64,000 bases of DNA, taken from the NCBI GenBank assembly GCA_963735035.1, contig CAVTJJ010000004.1:1376001-1440000 (forward strand), in the 5' to 3' direction. Below the pieces are notes generated by a model. The model was not told the DNA's origin. It worked only from the letters and a program-made list of their open reading frames with translations, and did not search any database. The translations under genes and the position numbers were made by a program. Source of the stretch: an uncultured candidate division Zixibacteria bacterium. Its GTDB lineage: Bacteria > Zixibacteria > MSB-5A5 > GN15 > FEB-12. The stretch's first letter is position 1. Each line of letters starts with the position of its first letter. Shown in pieces: positions 1-15,808 of the stretch.

Positions 1-30
1 GAAGTTGGCGCCAAAGTCGAGCTGAAGTAG
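1..30 (+). CDS. rplL: 50S ribosomal protein L7/L12, 3' end (partial)
   Basis: Translates as EVGAKVELK*, the conserved L7/L12 C-terminus, directly upstream of rpoB. Confidence 0.9.
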   Translation, partial: EVGAKVELK

Positions 31-85
31 TTAGTTGACTTTTCACCGGCCGGAAACCTTTCTTATACTGGCTGGTTATGTACTT

Positions 86-130
86 GCGGTCTCGGAGGCG
101 TGTGCAACGCCTCCGGATACTGCTTTTATT
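86..130 (+). terminator. Terminator/attenuator hairpin between rplL and rpoB
   Basis: Stem TCGGAGGCGT/ACGCCTCCGG extended by GCGGT/ACTGC, followed by TTTTATT. Confidence 0.6.
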
Positions 131-304
131 GGTGAGTGGTCTGCGTTAGCAGCTCCCTGTGTGTGCCCGCTGGGCACCGGGAGAATAATGAAACACTTAG
201 CAGGATCACCAGTGTCCTTTTGTCTGTCGTTTTCAACTATTAATCCTTGTCGTCGAATTATGCCCGCGACGAGGTTTTTTTCGTTACGGTAGGAGGGTAG
301 AGTT

Positions 305-4072
<3,768 letters not shown>

Positions 4073-4132
4073 GCGCAGTACCCTTAGGTAGAAGAGCCGT
4101 TCCAGGGAACTGGAAAGATAAAGGAGTCAACA

Positions 4133-7100
4133 GTGGTTGATTTCAGCAGTCAGACTCGTGGACCGCAGAAAAAACCGTCGGATTTCGCCGCCGTACAGAT
4201 TCAGATAGCCTCACCGGAGGTCATTCTGTCTTGGTCGTACGGTGAAGTGACCAAGCCCGAAACCATCAACTACCGGTCGTTCAAACCGGAGCGGGACGGC
4301 TTGTTCTGCGAGCGCATTTTCGGCCCGGTCAAGGATTGGGAGTGCAACTGCGGCAAGTACAAACGGATTCGTTTCCGCGGTATCGTCTGCGACCGTTGCG
4401 GTGTCGAAGTGACTCAGTCCAAGGTGCGCCGGGAACGCATGGGCCATATCGAACTGGCCGTGCCGGTCTCGCACATCTGGTACTTCAAGTCGCTGCCGTC
4501 ACGCATCGGCAATATGCTCGATCTGTCCATCCGGGAACTCGAACGCATTCTCTATTATGAGAACTACGTCATGATCGATCCGGGCAACTCCTCCTACGAA
4601 CGGGGCAATGTCCTGTCAGAAGAGGAATTTTCCGAACTGGAAGAGGCCGGGAAGCAGTTTGACGCCCGCATGGGCGCTGAAGCCATCTTTGAATTGCTGA
4701 AGGAAATCGACATCGACGAAATGGTAGCGACTCTTCGCGCCCAGATCAAGGTCGAGACCTCGGTCCAGCGGAAGAAGGACACCCTGAAACGACTGCGCAT
4801 TTTCGAGTCGTTCCGTCACTCGCAGAACCGCCCCGAGTGGATGATCATGAAGGTCATTCCGGTTATTCCGCCGGATTTGCGTCCGTTGGTGCCGCTAGAG
4901 GGCGGCCGCTTTGCGACCTCCGATCTTAATGATCTGTACCGGCGCGTTATCAACCGCAACAATCGACTCAAGAAGCTTATCGATATTCAGGCTCCGGAAG
5001 TCATTCTTCGCAACGAAAAGAGAATGCTTCAGGAAGCCGTCGACGCCCTGTTCGACAATGGCCGTCGTACCCACTCAGTGCGCGGCGATTCCAAGCGCCC
5101 GCTGAAATCGCTGTCCGACCTGTTGAAAGGGAAGCAGGGGCGGTTCCGTCAGAACCTGCTCGGTAAACGCGTCGATTACTCCGGCCGCTCGGTGATCGTA
5201 GTCGGTCCGGAACTGAAACTGCATCAATGTGGTCTGCCGAAGAACATGGCCCTCGAATTGTTCAAGCCGTTCATCATTATGAAGCTGGAAGAGAAGGGCT
5301 ACGTTCAGACCGTCAAATCGGCCAAGAAACTCGTGGAGCGTGAGCGTCCGGAAGTCTGGGACATTCTGGAAGAGATCATCGAAGATCATCCGGTGTTGCT
5401 CAACCGCGCCCCGACTTTGCACCGTCTCGGTATCCAGGCTTTCTACCCGGTGTTGGTAGAGGGCAAGGCGATCCGTCTGCATCCGCTCGTCTGTGCGGCC
5501 TTCAACGCTGACTTTGACGGTGACCAGATGGCGGTACATGTGCCGTTGTCGTTCGAGGCTCAGCTCGAAGCCCGCATCCTGATGTTGTCTACTAACAATG
5601 TGTTGGTGCCGTCGTCCGGCCGTCCGATTGCCATTCCATCTCAGGACATGGTGTTGGGCTGCTACTATCTCACCAAGTCCCGTCCGGGCGACAAGGGTGA
5701 GGGGATGATATTCCACGGCCCCGATGAGGTGTTGGCGGCGCTTGACAATCACTATGTATCTCTGCACTCGATGATCAAAGTTCGTTTCGAGAACCAATTG
5801 ATTGAGACCACGCCGGGCCGGGTCATATTCAACAACTGCCTTCCGGCCAAGCTGCGTTTCTTCAACAAGGTTGCCAAGAGAGCGCAGCTCGAGGAACTGG
5901 TGCACCAGACCTTCTGTTTCTGTGGCCATGTCGAGACCATCCAATTCCTCGATCGTCTCAAGTTCCTCGGTTTTGAATACGCCACCCTGGCCGGTGTGAC
6001 GGTGTCGATTGACGACCTCGTCGTTCCGGAAGAAAAGGCCGCACTTCTGGAGACCGCCAACAAGCAGGTGGCCAAGATTCAGAAGCAGTACGAGCGTGGT
6101 ATTATCACCAACAGCGAGCGCTACAACCAGGTGATTGATACCTGGACGCAGACTACGTCGCGTGTAGCCGAAGAAATGTTCGAGAATCTGGCGGCACAGG
6201 ATCAGGGCTTCAACCCGATCTACATGATGGCCGATTCCGGCGCCCGAGGTTCCAAAGAACAGATTCGTCAGTTGGCCGGTATGCGCGGTTTGATGGCCAA
6301 GCCGCAGAAGAAGATCACCGGTGGCGTTGGCGAAATTATCGAAACCCCGGTGACCTCGAACTTCCGCGAAGGTCTGTCGGTACAGGAATACTTTATTTCG
6401 ACTCACGGCGCGCGCAAAGGTCTGGCGGATACGGCTCTGAAAACCGCCGACGCCGGTTATTTGACCCGCCGGTTGGTCGATGTGGCTCAGGACGTAATCG
6501 TCAAGGAGCCGGATTGCGGCACCATTCTCGGGCTGGACGTCGCCGCCCTTAAAGAAGGCGAAGAAATTATCGAGTCCCTGCGCGACCGTATTCTCGGACG
6601 CGTGGCCCTCGAAGACGTCGTTGATCCGATTAACAGCGAAGTTATCGTGCTCGGTGGCGAAGAAATTAAGGAAGACGCCAGTTCCAGAATCGAAGATAGC
6701 GGCATTGAGACGGTCAAGATTCGTTCGGTCTTGACGTGTGAAGCAAAACAGGGTGTGTGCGCCAATTGCTACGGTCGAAACCTCGCCACCATGAACATGG
6801 TGGATATCGGCGAGGCCATCGGCGTAATCGCGGCTCAGTCGATCGGCGAGCCGGGCACCCAGTTGACCCTGCGTACCTTCCACATCGGCGGTACCGCGGC
6901 CCGTATCGCGGAACAGTCTCAGGTGGAAGCGAAGTACAGCGGTACCTTGCGGTTTGAGAATGTTCAGGTGGTTGATCGGGAAGACAACACGGCGGTGGTG
7001 ACCAGCCGCGATGGCGCCGGCGAGGCTCACATTATTGATGACAATCAACGCGTCCGTGCCCGACTCAAACTGCCTTACGGCGCCCATTTGTTGATGAAGG

Positions 7101-8254
7101 ATCAGCAGAAAGTCAGCGTGGGCGAGATCGTCTTCGAATGTGATCCGTACACCGGAACCATCGTGGCCGAGCGCTCAGGTAAGATCAAGTTCAAGGACAT
7201 CGAGAAAGACTTGACCGTTCGCGAGGAGATCGACGATCAAACCGGTTTGCGCCAGTTGAAGATTATCGAACAGCGCGACAAGAACATGTTCCCGACCATC
7301 CAGATCACCGGCCAGGCCGGTCGTGTGGTGGCCAGCTACCGTATTCCGACCGAAGCCCAGTTGCAGGTGCAGGACGGTCAGGACGTCATGGCGGGTGACC
7401 ATCTGGTGAAGATGCCGCGTATGATCGCCCGATCCCGCGATATTACCGGCGGTCTGCCGCGCGTGGCCGAGCTCTTCGAAGCCCGGCGGCCGCACGATCC
7501 GGCGGTCATCACTGAAGTTGACGGCGCAGTCGAGTTTGGCAAGGTCGTTCGCGGTCAGCAGCAGATTATCGTGAAGGACGAGGCGGGCGATTCGCGCGAG
7601 TATCTGGTACCTCACGGTAAACACATGATGGTGCATGATGCCGATCAAGTGCGTGCCGGAGACCGGCTGTGCGAAGGCTCAGTCGATCCTCACGATATTC
7701 TTAAGATCATGGGCGTGTACGAAGTGCAGGCCTACCTGGTGAACGAAATCCAGGAAGTCTATCGTCTGCAGGGCGTGAAGATCAACGACAAGCACATCGA
7801 AATCATCGTCCGGCAGATGCTTCAGAAAGTTCTGATCGATCACCCCGGAGATACCAATTTCCTCGAGGGCGAGAAGGTCGACAAGATGAAGTTCCTCGAC
7901 GAAAACGCCCGAATTATCGCCGAAGGCGGCGAGCCGGCTACGGCCGAACCGCTGTTGCTTGGGATCACCAGGGCGTCGTTGTCGACCGAGAGCTTTATCT
8001 CTGCGGCGTCGTTCCAGGAAACCACCAAGGTGTTGACTGAAGCGGCAGTAGCCGGAAAGATCGACAACCTGATGGGTCTCAAGGAAAACGTTATCATCGG
8101 TCACCTGATTCCGGCCGGAACCGGGATTGAGCGCTACCGAAGCGTATTCCTGCAGCACGAAGATGAGGAAGAGGCTGAAGTTGCGGTCGAGGTAGCTGCC
8201 CCGACTCCCCGGCCAAAGGAGTCAATGGCCGACATATTTGAGGAAAAACAGTGA
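4133..8254 (+). CDS. rpoC: RNA polymerase subunit beta'
   Basis: NADFDGDQM catalytic motif, N-terminal Zn site; GTG start after AAGGAG. Confidence 0.99.
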   Translation: MVDFSSQTRGPQKKPSDFAAVQIQIASPEVILSWSYGEVTKPETINYRSFKPERDGLFCERIFGPVKDWECNCGKYKRIRFRGIVCDRCGVEVTQSKVRRERMGHIELAVPVSHIWYFKSLPSRIGNMLDLSIRELERILYYENYVMIDPGNSSYERGNVLSEEEFSELEEAGKQFDARMGAEAIFELLKEIDIDEMVATLRAQIKVETSVQRKKDTLKRLRIFESFRHSQNRPEWMIMKVIPVIPPDLRPLVPLEGGRFATSDLNDLYRRVINRNNRLKKLIDIQAPEVILRNEKRMLQEAVDALFDNGRRTHSVRGDSKRPLKSLSDLLKGKQGRFRQNLLGKRVDYSGRSVIVVGPELKLHQCGLPKNMALELFKPFIIMKLEEKGYVQTVKSAKKLVERERPEVWDILEEIIEDHPVLLNRAPTLHRLGIQAFYPVLVEGKAIRLHPLVCAAFNADFDGDQMAVHVPLSFEAQLEARILMLSTNNVLVPSSGRPIAIPSQDMVLGCYYLTKSRPGDKGEGMIFHGPDEVLAALDNHYVSLHSMIKVRFENQLIETTPGRVIFNNCLPAKLRFFNKVAKRAQLEELVHQTFCFCGHVETIQFLDRLKFLGFEYATLAGVTVSIDDLVVPEEKAALLETANKQVAKIQKQYERGIITNSERYNQVIDTWTQTTSRVAEEMFENLAAQDQGFNPIYMMADSGARGSKEQIRQLAGMRGLMAKPQKKITGGVGEIIETPVTSNFREGLSVQEYFISTHGARKGLADTALKTADAGYLTRRLVDVAQDVIVKEPDCGTILGLDVAALKEGEEIIESLRDRILGRVALEDVVDPINSEVIVLGGEEIKEDASSRIEDSGIETVKIRSVLTCEAKQGVCANCYGRNLATMNMVDIGEAIGVIAAQSIGEPGTQLTLRTFHIGGTAARIAEQSQVEAKYSGTLRFENVQVVDREDNTAVVTSRDGAGEAHIIDDNQRVRARLKLPYGAHLLMKDQQKVSVGEIVFECDPYTGTIVAERSGKIKFKDIEKDLTVREEIDDQTGLRQLKIIEQRDKNMFPTIQITGQAGRVVASYRIPTEAQLQVQDGQDVMAGDHLVKMPRMIARSRDITGGLPRVAELFEARRPHDPAVITEVDGAVEFGKVVRGQQQIIVKDEAGDSREYLVPHGKHMMVHDADQVRAGDRLCEGSVDPHDILKIMGVYEVQAYLVNEIQEVYRLQGVKINDKHIEIIVRQMLQKVLIDHPGDTNFLEGEKVDKMKFLDENARIIAEGGEPATAEPLLLGITRASLSTESFISAASFQETTKVLTEAAVAGKIDNLMGLKENVIIGHLIPAGTGIERYRSVFLQHEDEEEAEVAVEVAAPTPRPKESMADIFEEKQ

Positions 8255-8270
8255 TTTTTCCCGAAAGGCC

Positions 8271-8298
8271 TTGACAAACCGAGCGTTGTGGATAAATT
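8271..8298 (+). promoter_or_regulatory. sigma70-type promoter of the str operon
   Basis: TTGACA-16 nt-TAAATT about 50 nt upstream of rpsL. Confidence 0.65.
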
Positions 8299-8348
8299 GC
8301 GAGTCTCTTATAGGTTTATTGTACGAGTATGTGTCTTAGGAGCAAATA

Positions 8349-8723
8349 TTGCCGACTGTAAATCAACTTATCCGCAAGGGTCGCAAGCGGATAGTAGGTA
8401 AGACCAAGACCCCCGCGATGGGTAGATGTCCTCAGAAGAGAGGCGTTTGCACAAGAGTCTACACTTCGACCCCGAAAAAGCCGAATTCGGCTCTTCGCAA
8501 AGTCGCGCGTGTACGCCTGACCAACAAGATGGAGGTCACGGCCTACATCCCGGGTGAAGGCCATAATTTGCAAGAGCACTCCATCGTGCTGATCAGAGGC
8601 GGCCGCGTCAAAGATCTGCCAGGTGTGCGCTACCATATCATTCGCGGCACCATGGATACCGCCGGCGTGGCGGATCGTACCAAGAGTCGCTCCAAGTACG
8701 GAACCAAGAGGCCGAAAAAGTAG
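8349..8723 (+). CDS. rpsL: 30S ribosomal protein S12
   Basis: [11 protein letters not shown] and [12 protein letters not shown] motifs. Confidence 0.99.
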   Translation: MPTVNQLIRKGRKRIVGKTKTPAMGRCPQKRGVCTRVYTSTPKKPNSALRKVARVRLTNKMEVTAYIPGEGHNLQEHSIVLIRGGRVKDLPGVRYHIIRGTMDTAGVADRTKSRSKYGTKRPKK

Positions 8724-8740
8724 CTGGGTAGGTAGTCTCA

Positions 8741-9211
8741 ATGTCAAGAAGATCCAAACCACCGAAACGCCGTTTGAAGCCCGACCACAAGTATCGTGAT
8801 ATGTTGGTCGCCGAATTCGTATCCTGCCTGCTGAAAAGCGGCAAGCGCTCGACGGCTGAGAATCTGTTTTACGATTCGCTGACACTGCTCGAAAAGAAGT
8901 CCGGGCATGCCGGTGTCGAAGTGTTCCACAAGGCGATGGAAAACGTCAAGCCTACTCTGGAAGTGAAGTCCCGTCGCGTCGGCGGCGCCACTTACCAGGT
9001 TCCGGTGGAAGTCCGGTCGGATCGGCGCATTGCCCTGGCTATTCGCTGGCTCATTGCCAACGCCAGTTCCAGAAACGATAAGTCGATGTCTGATAAATTG
9101 GCGGCTGAATTTCAGGCCGCTGCGAACAACGAAGGTGGAGCGGTTAAGAAGAAAGAAGACACCCACAAAATGGCCGAGGCAAACAAGGCCTTTGCCCACT
9201 TTAGGTGGTAA
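8741..9211 (+). CDS. rpsG: 30S ribosomal protein S7
   Basis: SRRVGGATYQVP, HKMAEANKAFAHFRW. Confidence 0.99.
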   Translation: MSRRSKPPKRRLKPDHKYRDMLVAEFVSCLLKSGKRSTAENLFYDSLTLLEKKSGHAGVEVFHKAMENVKPTLEVKSRRVGGATYQVPVEVRSDRRIALAIRWLIANASSRNDKSMSDKLAAEFQAAANNEGGAVKKKEDTHKMAEANKAFAHFRW

Positions 9212-9350
9212 GGTGTCACTCTCTTGCGCGTTGAGAGTGGTCGCTTGATGCAACAGTCGGATTGACTGCGAGGTAATGACTTGAGCCTCACGAATTGGTG
9301 ACGCTCAGAAGCTGCCGTCAAGGTTCCCCAACCCTGCTGACCGGGTAACC

Positions 9351-9386
9351 AGGATCTCGGCTTCGAGTGAGATTCTTTTTTTGTTT
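9351..9386 (+). terminator. Intrinsic terminator-like hairpin in the rpsG-fusA spacer (candidate attenuator)
   Basis: AGGATCTC-loop-GAGATTCT followed by a T-run. Confidence 0.6.
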
Positions 9387-9414
9387 AAGGTTGGTTACTC
9401 AGTAGGGTTTTTTC

Positions 9415-11496
9415 ATGTCTGCTCGTCCGAATTTAACAACTGTCCGAAACATCGGAATCATGGCTCACATAGACGCGGGTAAAACCACGACTACGGAGCG
9501 GATTCTGTTCTATACCGGACGTACCCATCGAATCGGCGAAGTCGACGACGGCGCCGCCACGATGGACTGGATGGCGCAGGAGAAAGAACGCGGCATCACC
9601 ATCACTTCCGCTGCCACGACCACGTTCTGGCGAAATCATACTATTAATATCATCGATACCCCCGGACACGTCGACTTCACCGTTGAAGTTGAGCGGTCGC
9701 TTCGGGTTCTCGACGGTGCCGTGGCGCTGTTTTGCGCGGTCGGCGGTGTCGAGCCTCAGTCCGAGACGGTCTGGCGTCAGGCTGACAAATATCGCGTTCC
9801 GCGCATAGCCTACATCAACAAGATGGATCGCACCGGCGCATCGTTCGCGAATACGCTGAAGTCGATGAACGAGCGGTTGGGCGCCAACTGCGTCGCAATC
9901 GCTGTCCCGGCCGGTGAAGGCAACATGTTCAGCGGCATTATCGACCTTGTGACCATGACCCTCCGCGTTTTCCACGAGGAAACCAAGGGTGTTACCTTCG
10001 ATGATTTCCCGGTTCCGGACGACATGATCGAGCTGGCTAACGAGTACCGTGAGAAGCTTTTGGAGGCGGTGGCCGATGTAGACGACCATCTCCTCGAACA
10101 GTTCCTCCACGACCAGCCGATCAATCCGACGGACATTATTCAGGCTGTCCGCATGGCCACGATCCAGAACAAGATGGTCCCGGTCCTGTGCGGCTCGTCG
10201 TTCAAGAACAAGGGTATTCAGAAGCTGCTGGATGCCATCGTCGATTTCCTCCCGGCGCCGACCGATATGCCCCCGGTAATCGGCCACGACATCAAGAATC
10301 CTGAAAAGACTATCGAGCGGAAACCGTCGGACGAAGAACCTACCTCAGCGCTGGCTTTCAAGATTGCCACTGACCCCCACGTTGGGCGCTTGACTTACCT
10401 CCGGGTCTATTCGGGCGCGGTGGAAGCCGGGTCGTATCTCCTGAATCCCACCAGTGGAATCAAAGAGCGGGTCGGCCGGCTATTGAGAATGCATTCGAAC
10501 AAGCGCGAAGATATCCAAACCGCTCCGGCCGGAGACATTGTGGCCGTGATCGGATTCCGCAAGACCACGACCGGCGACACGCTTTGCGATCTGAAGCACC
10601 CGATCATTCTGGAACGTCCCCAATTTCCAGAACCGGTCGTCATGGTCGCGATTGAGCCCAAAACCAAGGCCGACCAGGACAAGCTGGCGGACGGAATGGC
10701 GCGCCTGGCCGAAGAAGACCCGACTTTCGTGGTAAAGGTCGACGAAGAAACCGGCCAGACCATCATCTCCGGAATGGGCGAATTACACCTCGAAATACTG
10801 ATTGACCGCCTCCTTAGGGAATTTGGCGTCCAAGCCGGGATAGGCAAGCCTTCGGTGGCCTACAAAGAGGCCATTACCAAGGAAGTCGAGTGCGAAGGTC
10901 GATTTATTCGTCAATCGGGCGGAAAAGGCCAGTACGGACACGTCAAATTGCGTCTTTCGCCCCTGCGGGACGGCACTCATTTTGTTTTTGTTAATAAAAC
11001 CATTGGCGGAACCGTTCCCCGCGAGTATATTCACGCCGTTGAAAAAGGCGCCCGGGATGCCATGGGCAACGGTGTCCTGGCCGGCTACCCTCTGACCGGA
11101 ATCCACTGCGAGTTGTATGACGGCAGTTATCATGAAGTCGACTCGAGTGAGTTGGCATTCAAAGTAGCCGCGTCAATGGCTCTGCAGGCCGGTGCAAAGA
11201 AAGCCGGTCTGGTGTTGCTCGAACCGATTATGAGTGTGGAAGTGGTCGTGCCTGAAGTTTATCTGGGTACAGTGGTCGGCGATTTGAATTCGCGACGTGG
11301 AAGAATCAGCGGCATGCTGCCGCGTAATGATATGACCGTAGTTGCGGTCCGTGTGCCGTTGTCCGAAATGTTCGGCTACGCCAACACGCTCCGCAATATA
11401 TCGCAGGGACGTGCCGTGTTTACGATGGAATTCTCCCATTACGATCCGGTGCCCAGCGAAGTGACCAAAAAAATGTTAGATGGTGCGATTGTCTAA
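9415..11496 (+). CDS. fusA: Elongation factor G
   Basis: [22 protein letters not shown]; 693 aa. Confidence 0.99.
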   Translation: MSARPNLTTVRNIGIMAHIDAGKTTTTERILFYTGRTHRIGEVDDGAATMDWMAQEKERGITITSAATTTFWRNHTINIIDTPGHVDFTVEVERSLRVLDGAVALFCAVGGVEPQSETVWRQADKYRVPRIAYINKMDRTGASFANTLKSMNERLGANCVAIAVPAGEGNMFSGIIDLVTMTLRVFHEETKGVTFDDFPVPDDMIELANEYREKLLEAVADVDDHLLEQFLHDQPINPTDIIQAVRMATIQNKMVPVLCGSSFKNKGIQKLLDAIVDFLPAPTDMPPVIGHDIKNPEKTIERKPSDEEPTSALAFKIATDPHVGRLTYLRVYSGAVEAGSYLLNPTSGIKERVGRLLRMHSNKREDIQTAPAGDIVAVIGFRKTTTGDTLCDLKHPIILERPQFPEPVVMVAIEPKTKADQDKLADGMARLAEEDPTFVVKVDEETGQTIISGMGELHLEILIDRLLREFGVQAGIGKPSVAYKEAITKEVECEGRFIRQSGGKGQYGHVKLRLSPLRDGTHFVFVNKTIGGTVPREYIHAVEKGARDAMGNGVLAGYPLTGIHCELYDGSYHEVDSSELAFKVAASMALQAGAKKAGLVLLEPIMSVEVVVPEVYLGTVVGDLNSRRGRISGMLPRNDMTVVAVRVPLSEMFGYANTLRNISQGRAVFTMEFSHYDPVPSEVTKKMLDGAIV

Positions 11497-11514
11497 GCGA
11501 GGAGAGCCTCTGGT

Positions 11515-12720
11515 ATGGCTAAGGAGAAATTTGATCGTAGTAAGCCGCACGTGAACGTTGGCACAATCGGTCACGTGGATCATGGTAAGACGACGTTGAC
11601 GGCAGCGATCACGATGTGCATGGCGAAGAAGAACAAGACCGCAATTCGGACGTTCGATTCGATCGACAACGCGCCGGAAGAGCGGGAACGTGGTATTACG
11701 ATTGCCACCGCGCACGTCGAGTACGAGACGGACAAACGCCACTATGCGCACGTCGACTGTCCCGGTCACGCTGACTATGTGAAGAACATGATCACGGGCG
11801 CCGCCCAGATGGACGGTGCGATCGTGGTGGTTTCGGCGGCGGATGGCCCGATGCCTCAGACGCGGGAACACATTCTGTTGGCGCGTCAGGTAGGTGTGCC
11901 GTTCATTATCGTGTTCATGAACAAAGTTGATATGGTTGATGATCCGGAATTGTTGGATCTGGTGGAGCTCGAAGTACGTGATCTGCTGAACCAGTACAAG
12001 TTCCCGGGTGATGATATACCGGTTATTCGTGGTTCGGCGCTTCAGGCGTTGACGGCGGGCACGGCTGACAAGCCGATTGATGACCCGGCGTTCAAGTGCA
12101 TTCTGGAGCTTCTGGAAGCCTGCGACAACTACATCCCGTTGCCGAAACGTGAGAAGGACAAGCCGTTCTTGATGCCGATCGAAGACGTGTTTTCGATCAC
12201 GGGTCGTGGGACTGTGGGCACGGGTCGTGTCGAGCGCGGCATTATTAAGCAGGGCGCTGAAGTTGAGATCGTGGGTATTCGTGACACGCGCAAGACAGTC
12301 GTGACCGGTATCGAAATGTTCCGGAAACTACTGGATGACGCGGAAGCGGGCGACAACGTTGGACTTCTGCTGCGCGGTATCGATAAGGAAGATCTGGAAC
12401 GCGGGATGGTGTTAGCGGCTCCGGGCTCGGTAAAGCCGCACAAGAATTTCAAGGCGGAAGTGTACGTTTTGAAGAAGGAAGAGGGTGGTCGTCACACGCC
12501 GTTCTTCACGGGCTATCGTCCGCAGTTTTATTTCCGGACGACGGACGTGACGGGATCGGCGCATCTGCCCGAGGGTATCGAGATGGTGATGCCGGGCGAC
12601 AACGTGACGATGACGGTGGAGTTGTTGACGCCGATCGCGATGGAGAAAGAGTTGCGGTTTGCGATACGAGAAGGCGGTCGCACCATTGGCGCAGGTGTCA
12701 TCGCGGAAATTTTGGAATAA
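11515..12720 (+). CDS. tuf: Elongation factor Tu
   Basis: [24 protein letters not shown]. Confidence 0.99.
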   Translation: MAKEKFDRSKPHVNVGTIGHVDHGKTTLTAAITMCMAKKNKTAIRTFDSIDNAPEERERGITIATAHVEYETDKRHYAHVDCPGHADYVKNMITGAAQMDGAIVVVSAADGPMPQTREHILLARQVGVPFIIVFMNKVDMVDDPELLDLVELEVRDLLNQYKFPGDDIPVIRGSALQALTAGTADKPIDDPAFKCILELLEACDNYIPLPKREKDKPFLMPIEDVFSITGRGTVGTGRVERGIIKQGAEVEIVGIRDTRKTVVTGIEMFRKLLDDAEAGDNVGLLLRGIDKEDLERGMVLAAPGSVKPHKNFKAEVYVLKKEEGGRHTPFFTGYRPQFYFRTTDVTGSAHLPEGIEMVMPGDNVTMTVELLTPIAMEKELRFAIREGGRTIGAGVIAEILE

Positions 12721-12738
12721 CCAGCCGGGAAGATTCCG

Positions 12739-13047
12739 ATGGACGTGCAAAAAATAAGAATTCGGCTTAAGGCCTACGATCACTATTCACTGGATCGGTC
12801 GACCAAGGAAATCGCCAACACGGTGCTTCGCACCGGGGCGCGTCTGGTCGGACCGGTGCCGCTTCCGACGAAGCGGACGGTGTATACCGTGCTGCGTTCG
12901 CCCCATGTCGACAAGAAATCACGCGAGCAGTTCGAAACCCGCGTACACAAACGTTTGATCGACATCTATGATTCGACGCCGCAGACGGTCGATGCCCTCA
13001 TGAAGCTCGACTTGCCCGCGGGAGTGGATGTAGAGATCAAGACTTGA
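12739..13047 (+). CDS. rpsJ: 30S ribosomal protein S10
   Basis: [22 protein letters not shown]. Confidence 0.99.
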   Translation: MDVQKIRIRLKAYDHYSLDRSTKEIANTVLRTGARLVGPVPLPTKRTVYTVLRSPHVDKKSREQFETRVHKRLIDIYDSTPQTVDALMKLDLPAGVDVEIKT

Positions 13048-13059
13048 TGGATTGACGCC

Positions 13060-13734
13060 ATGAAAGAAATTCTCGGAAAAAAACTAGGTATGACGCGGAT
13101 ATTCGCCGAATCGGGCGAGATGCTCTCGTGCACTGTGATTGAGGCCGGTCCCTGCTCCGTGGTGAGCAAGAAGACGACCGAAAAGCATGGCTACGAAGCT
13201 TACCAGGTGGCCTTCGGCAAAGTCAAGAAGACGCGCCGCATCCTCGACGGCAAACGCAAGGTGCGGTCACACGCCACCAAGCCGCTGTCCGGTGTGTATA
13301 CGAAGGTCGGCCAGGAGCCCCGCGAGTTCCTCCGCGAGATCAAGTTCGACGAAGGTCAGCTTGAGGTCGGAGCGGAACTGAAGGTCAGTGTCTTCAAAGA
13401 AGGCGAACGGGTCGACGTGTCCGGCGTTTCGCGCGGCCTGGGTTTCCAGGGCGGCATGAAACTGCACAACTTTGGCGGCGGCAGCAAGACCCACGGCCAG
13501 TCCGATCGTATGCGCGCTCCGGGTTCAATCGGCTCCTCATCTTATCCGTCCCGCGTATTCCGCGGCCAGCGGATGGCCGGTCGGATGGGGCGGAACAACG
13601 TCACGGTTGTGAATTTACCGGTCGTAAAGATTATCGAAGAAGAGAACCTGATGCTGATTCGGGGTGCTATCCCAGGTAATAAGGGGTCCCTCGTAATGGT
13701 TCGTAAGTCCAGTCGTTCTCGTAACGGAAGATGA
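13060..13734 (+). CDS. rplC: 50S ribosomal protein L3
   Basis: GKKLGMTRIF, GFQG, RAPGSIG; operon order. Confidence 0.98.
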   Translation: MKEILGKKLGMTRIFAESGEMLSCTVIEAGPCSVVSKKTTEKHGYEAYQVAFGKVKKTRRILDGKRKVRSHATKPLSGVYTKVGQEPREFLREIKFDEGQLEVGAELKVSVFKEGERVDVSGVSRGLGFQGGMKLHNFGGGSKTHGQSDRMRAPGSIGSSSYPSRVFRGQRMAGRMGRNNVTVVNLPVVKIIEEENLMLIRGAIPGNKGSLVMVRKSSRSRNGR

Positions 13735-14360
13735 CCATGAAAGTTAAGATTTACAATCAGGAAGGTGTTGCGGTCGGCGAGACTGAGTTGAATCCCGCAA
13801 TTTTCGGCATTGAGCCGAACGAAGCCGTGGTTCATCAGTACATCGTCAACTTCCTGGCGCGTCAGCGTCAGGGCAACGCCGAGACCAAGACCCGTCATGA
13901 AGTTCGCGGCGGCGGTGTCAAGCCCTATCGTCAGAAGGGTACCGGCCGGGCTCGTATGGGCAGCTTGCGGACGCCTCTGAGACGCGGCGGCGGCACGGTC
14001 TTCGGACCCCACCCGCGCGATTACGGCTCGCGGTTTCCCAAGCAGATGAAGCGGCTGGCAATGAAATCGGTCTTTTCCGAAAAAGCACGCACCGAGAAGA
14101 TCAAGGTGATCGACAAATTCTCGTTCGCCGAGGTCAAGACCAAATCGATGGTTACGGTGCTGTCCAAGCTGGCTCTCGAAGGTCGTCGCTGCATCATTCT
14201 CGACGAAGGCCGCAACGACCGCTTGAATCTGTCTTGCCGCAATATCCCTGGTGTTACCGTGCGTCACGCGGCTACGGCCAGCGGCTATGAACTGTTGAAT
14301 GCCGACTACCTGGTGTTTACCAAGGCTGGTCTGGAGAAGGTGGGAGAGGTGTTCGTATGA
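13731..14360 (+). CDS. rplD: 50S ribosomal protein L4
   Basis: KPYRQKGTGRAR, GGGTVFGP. Confidence 0.98.
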   Translation: MTMKVKIYNQEGVAVGETELNPAIFGIEPNEAVVHQYIVNFLARQRQGNAETKTRHEVRGGGVKPYRQKGTGRARMGSLRTPLRRGGGTVFGPHPRDYGSRFPKQMKRLAMKSVFSEKARTEKIKVIDKFSFAEVKTKSMVTVLSKLALEGRRCIILDEGRNDRLNLSCRNIPGVTVRHAATASGYELLNADYLVFTKAGLEKVGEVFV

Positions 14361-14650
14361 GTCTCACTCATCATCAAATTATCAAGTCACACATCGTGAC
14401 CGAACGGACCACGATGTTGAAGCAGACCCTCGCAGAATACGTCTTTGAAGTCGACAAACGCGCCAACAAGCACGCTATCAAAGAAGCCGTTGAAAAAGTA
14501 TTCAACGTCAAGGTCGATGAAGTACGCACTTTGATCGTGCCCGGCAAGATCAGGCGCCAGGGACGTAACGAGGGCAAGTCCTCGACCTGGAAGAAGGCGA
14601 TTGTACGCCTCAAAGAAAAACAGGTCATCGGCATGTTCGAGAACATGTAA
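14357..14650 (+). CDS. rplW: 50S ribosomal protein L23
   Basis: ANKHAIKEAVEKVFNVKV, WKKAIVRL. Confidence 0.97.
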   Translation: MSLTHHQIIKSHIVTERTTMLKQTLAEYVFEVDKRANKHAIKEAVEKVFNVKVDEVRTLIVPGKIRRQGRNEGKSSTWKKAIVRLKEKQVIGMFENM

Positions 14651-14665
14651 GGTTGGTGAATTAGT

Positions 14666-15496
14666 ATGGCTATCAAGAGATTTCGCCCCCTGACCCCGTC
14701 GCAGCGGTTCCGCACCGTCCCGGATTTCGCCGAGATTACCTCGACCGTTCCGGAGAAGTCGCTGTTGGAGCCGATGAGCAAATCGGGCGGCCGTAACAAC
14801 AAGGGTCGCATCACCGCTTATCATCGCGGTGGCGGACATCGCCGGCATTATCGCCTGATCGATTTCCGTCGCGAAAAGCACGGCATCCCGGCCCGCGTGG
14901 CGTCGATCGAATACGATCCCAATCGCTCGGCCCGTATTGCTCTGCTTCATTATGCCGACGGTGAGAAACGCTACATCGTCGCCGCCGAGGGTATCGGTGT
15001 CAACGAAGTGCTGCATTCGGGCGGCCAGGCTGAAATCAAGACAGGGAATTCCATGCCGCTTGAGCGCATGCCGCTCGGCACCATGATCCATAATATTGAA
15101 ATGCGTCCCGGCAAAGGCGCCCAGATGGTACGCTCGGCCGGCGCAATGGCGCAGTTGGTCGCGAAGGAAGGTAACAAAGCCACCCTTCGCATGCCGTCGA
15201 CTGAGGTCCGCACCGTACCGATTACGTGCTATGCGACCATCGGACAGGTCGGCAATCTAGCTCACAAGAATGTCGTTTGGGGCAAAGCCGGTGCATCTCG
15301 TTGGCGCGGCTGGAAGCCGATCACCCGTGGCGTCGCCATGAACCCGGTTGATCACCCGATGGGCGGCGGCGAAGGCCGATCGTCCGGCGGTCGTCACCCT
15401 TGCAGCCCCTGGGGTCTGCCGACTAAGGGCTACAAGACCAGGAGCAAGCGCAAGACGCGTGCACATCTGGTGGAACCGCGCAGAAAAGGTAAGTAA
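14666..15496 (+). CDS. rplB: 50S ribosomal protein L2
   Basis: [30 protein letters not shown]. Confidence 0.99.
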   Translation: MAIKRFRPLTPSQRFRTVPDFAEITSTVPEKSLLEPMSKSGGRNNKGRITAYHRGGGHRRHYRLIDFRREKHGIPARVASIEYDPNRSARIALLHYADGEKRYIVAAEGIGVNEVLHSGGQAEIKTGNSMPLERMPLGTMIHNIEMRPGKGAQMVRSAGAMAQLVAKEGNKATLRMPSTEVRTVPITCYATIGQVGNLAHKNVVWGKAGASRWRGWKPITRGVAMNPVDHPMGGGEGRSSGGRHPCSPWGLPTKGYKTRSKRKTRAHLVEPRRKGK

Positions 15497-15511
15497 TCAG
15501 GAGTTTTTTCT

Positions 15512-15802
15512 ATGCCGAGATCGCTGAAGAAGGGCCCGTACGTTGAGGCCTCGTTACAGAAGAGAATCGACAAGCTGCTGCAGTCCGACGACAAGAAAGT
15601 CGTCAAGACCTGGTCGCGGCGCTCCACGATTACGCCCGATTTCATCGGCCGGACTTTCGCGGTGCACAACGGTAACAAGTTCATCCCGATTTATGTCACT
15701 GAAAACATGGTCGGCCACAAGTTGGGTGAGTTCGCTCCGACCCGCACCTTCCGTGGACACAGCGGCAAACTGGTTGAGCGGACCACGCAGTTGAAAGGTT
15801 AA
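15512..15802 (+). CDS. rpsS: 30S ribosomal protein S19 (canonical)
   Basis: [27 protein letters not shown]. Confidence 0.99.
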   Translation: MPRSLKKGPYVEASLQKRIDKLLQSDDKKVVKTWSRRSTITPDFIGRTFAVHNGNKFIPIYVTENMVGHKLGEFAPTRTFRGHSGKLVERTTQLKG

Positions 15803-15808
15803 GAAGTA

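Noticed and set aside
35..292. 85-aa ORF between rplL and rpoB
   Set aside because: No RBS or recognisable motif; spans the attenuator-like hairpin
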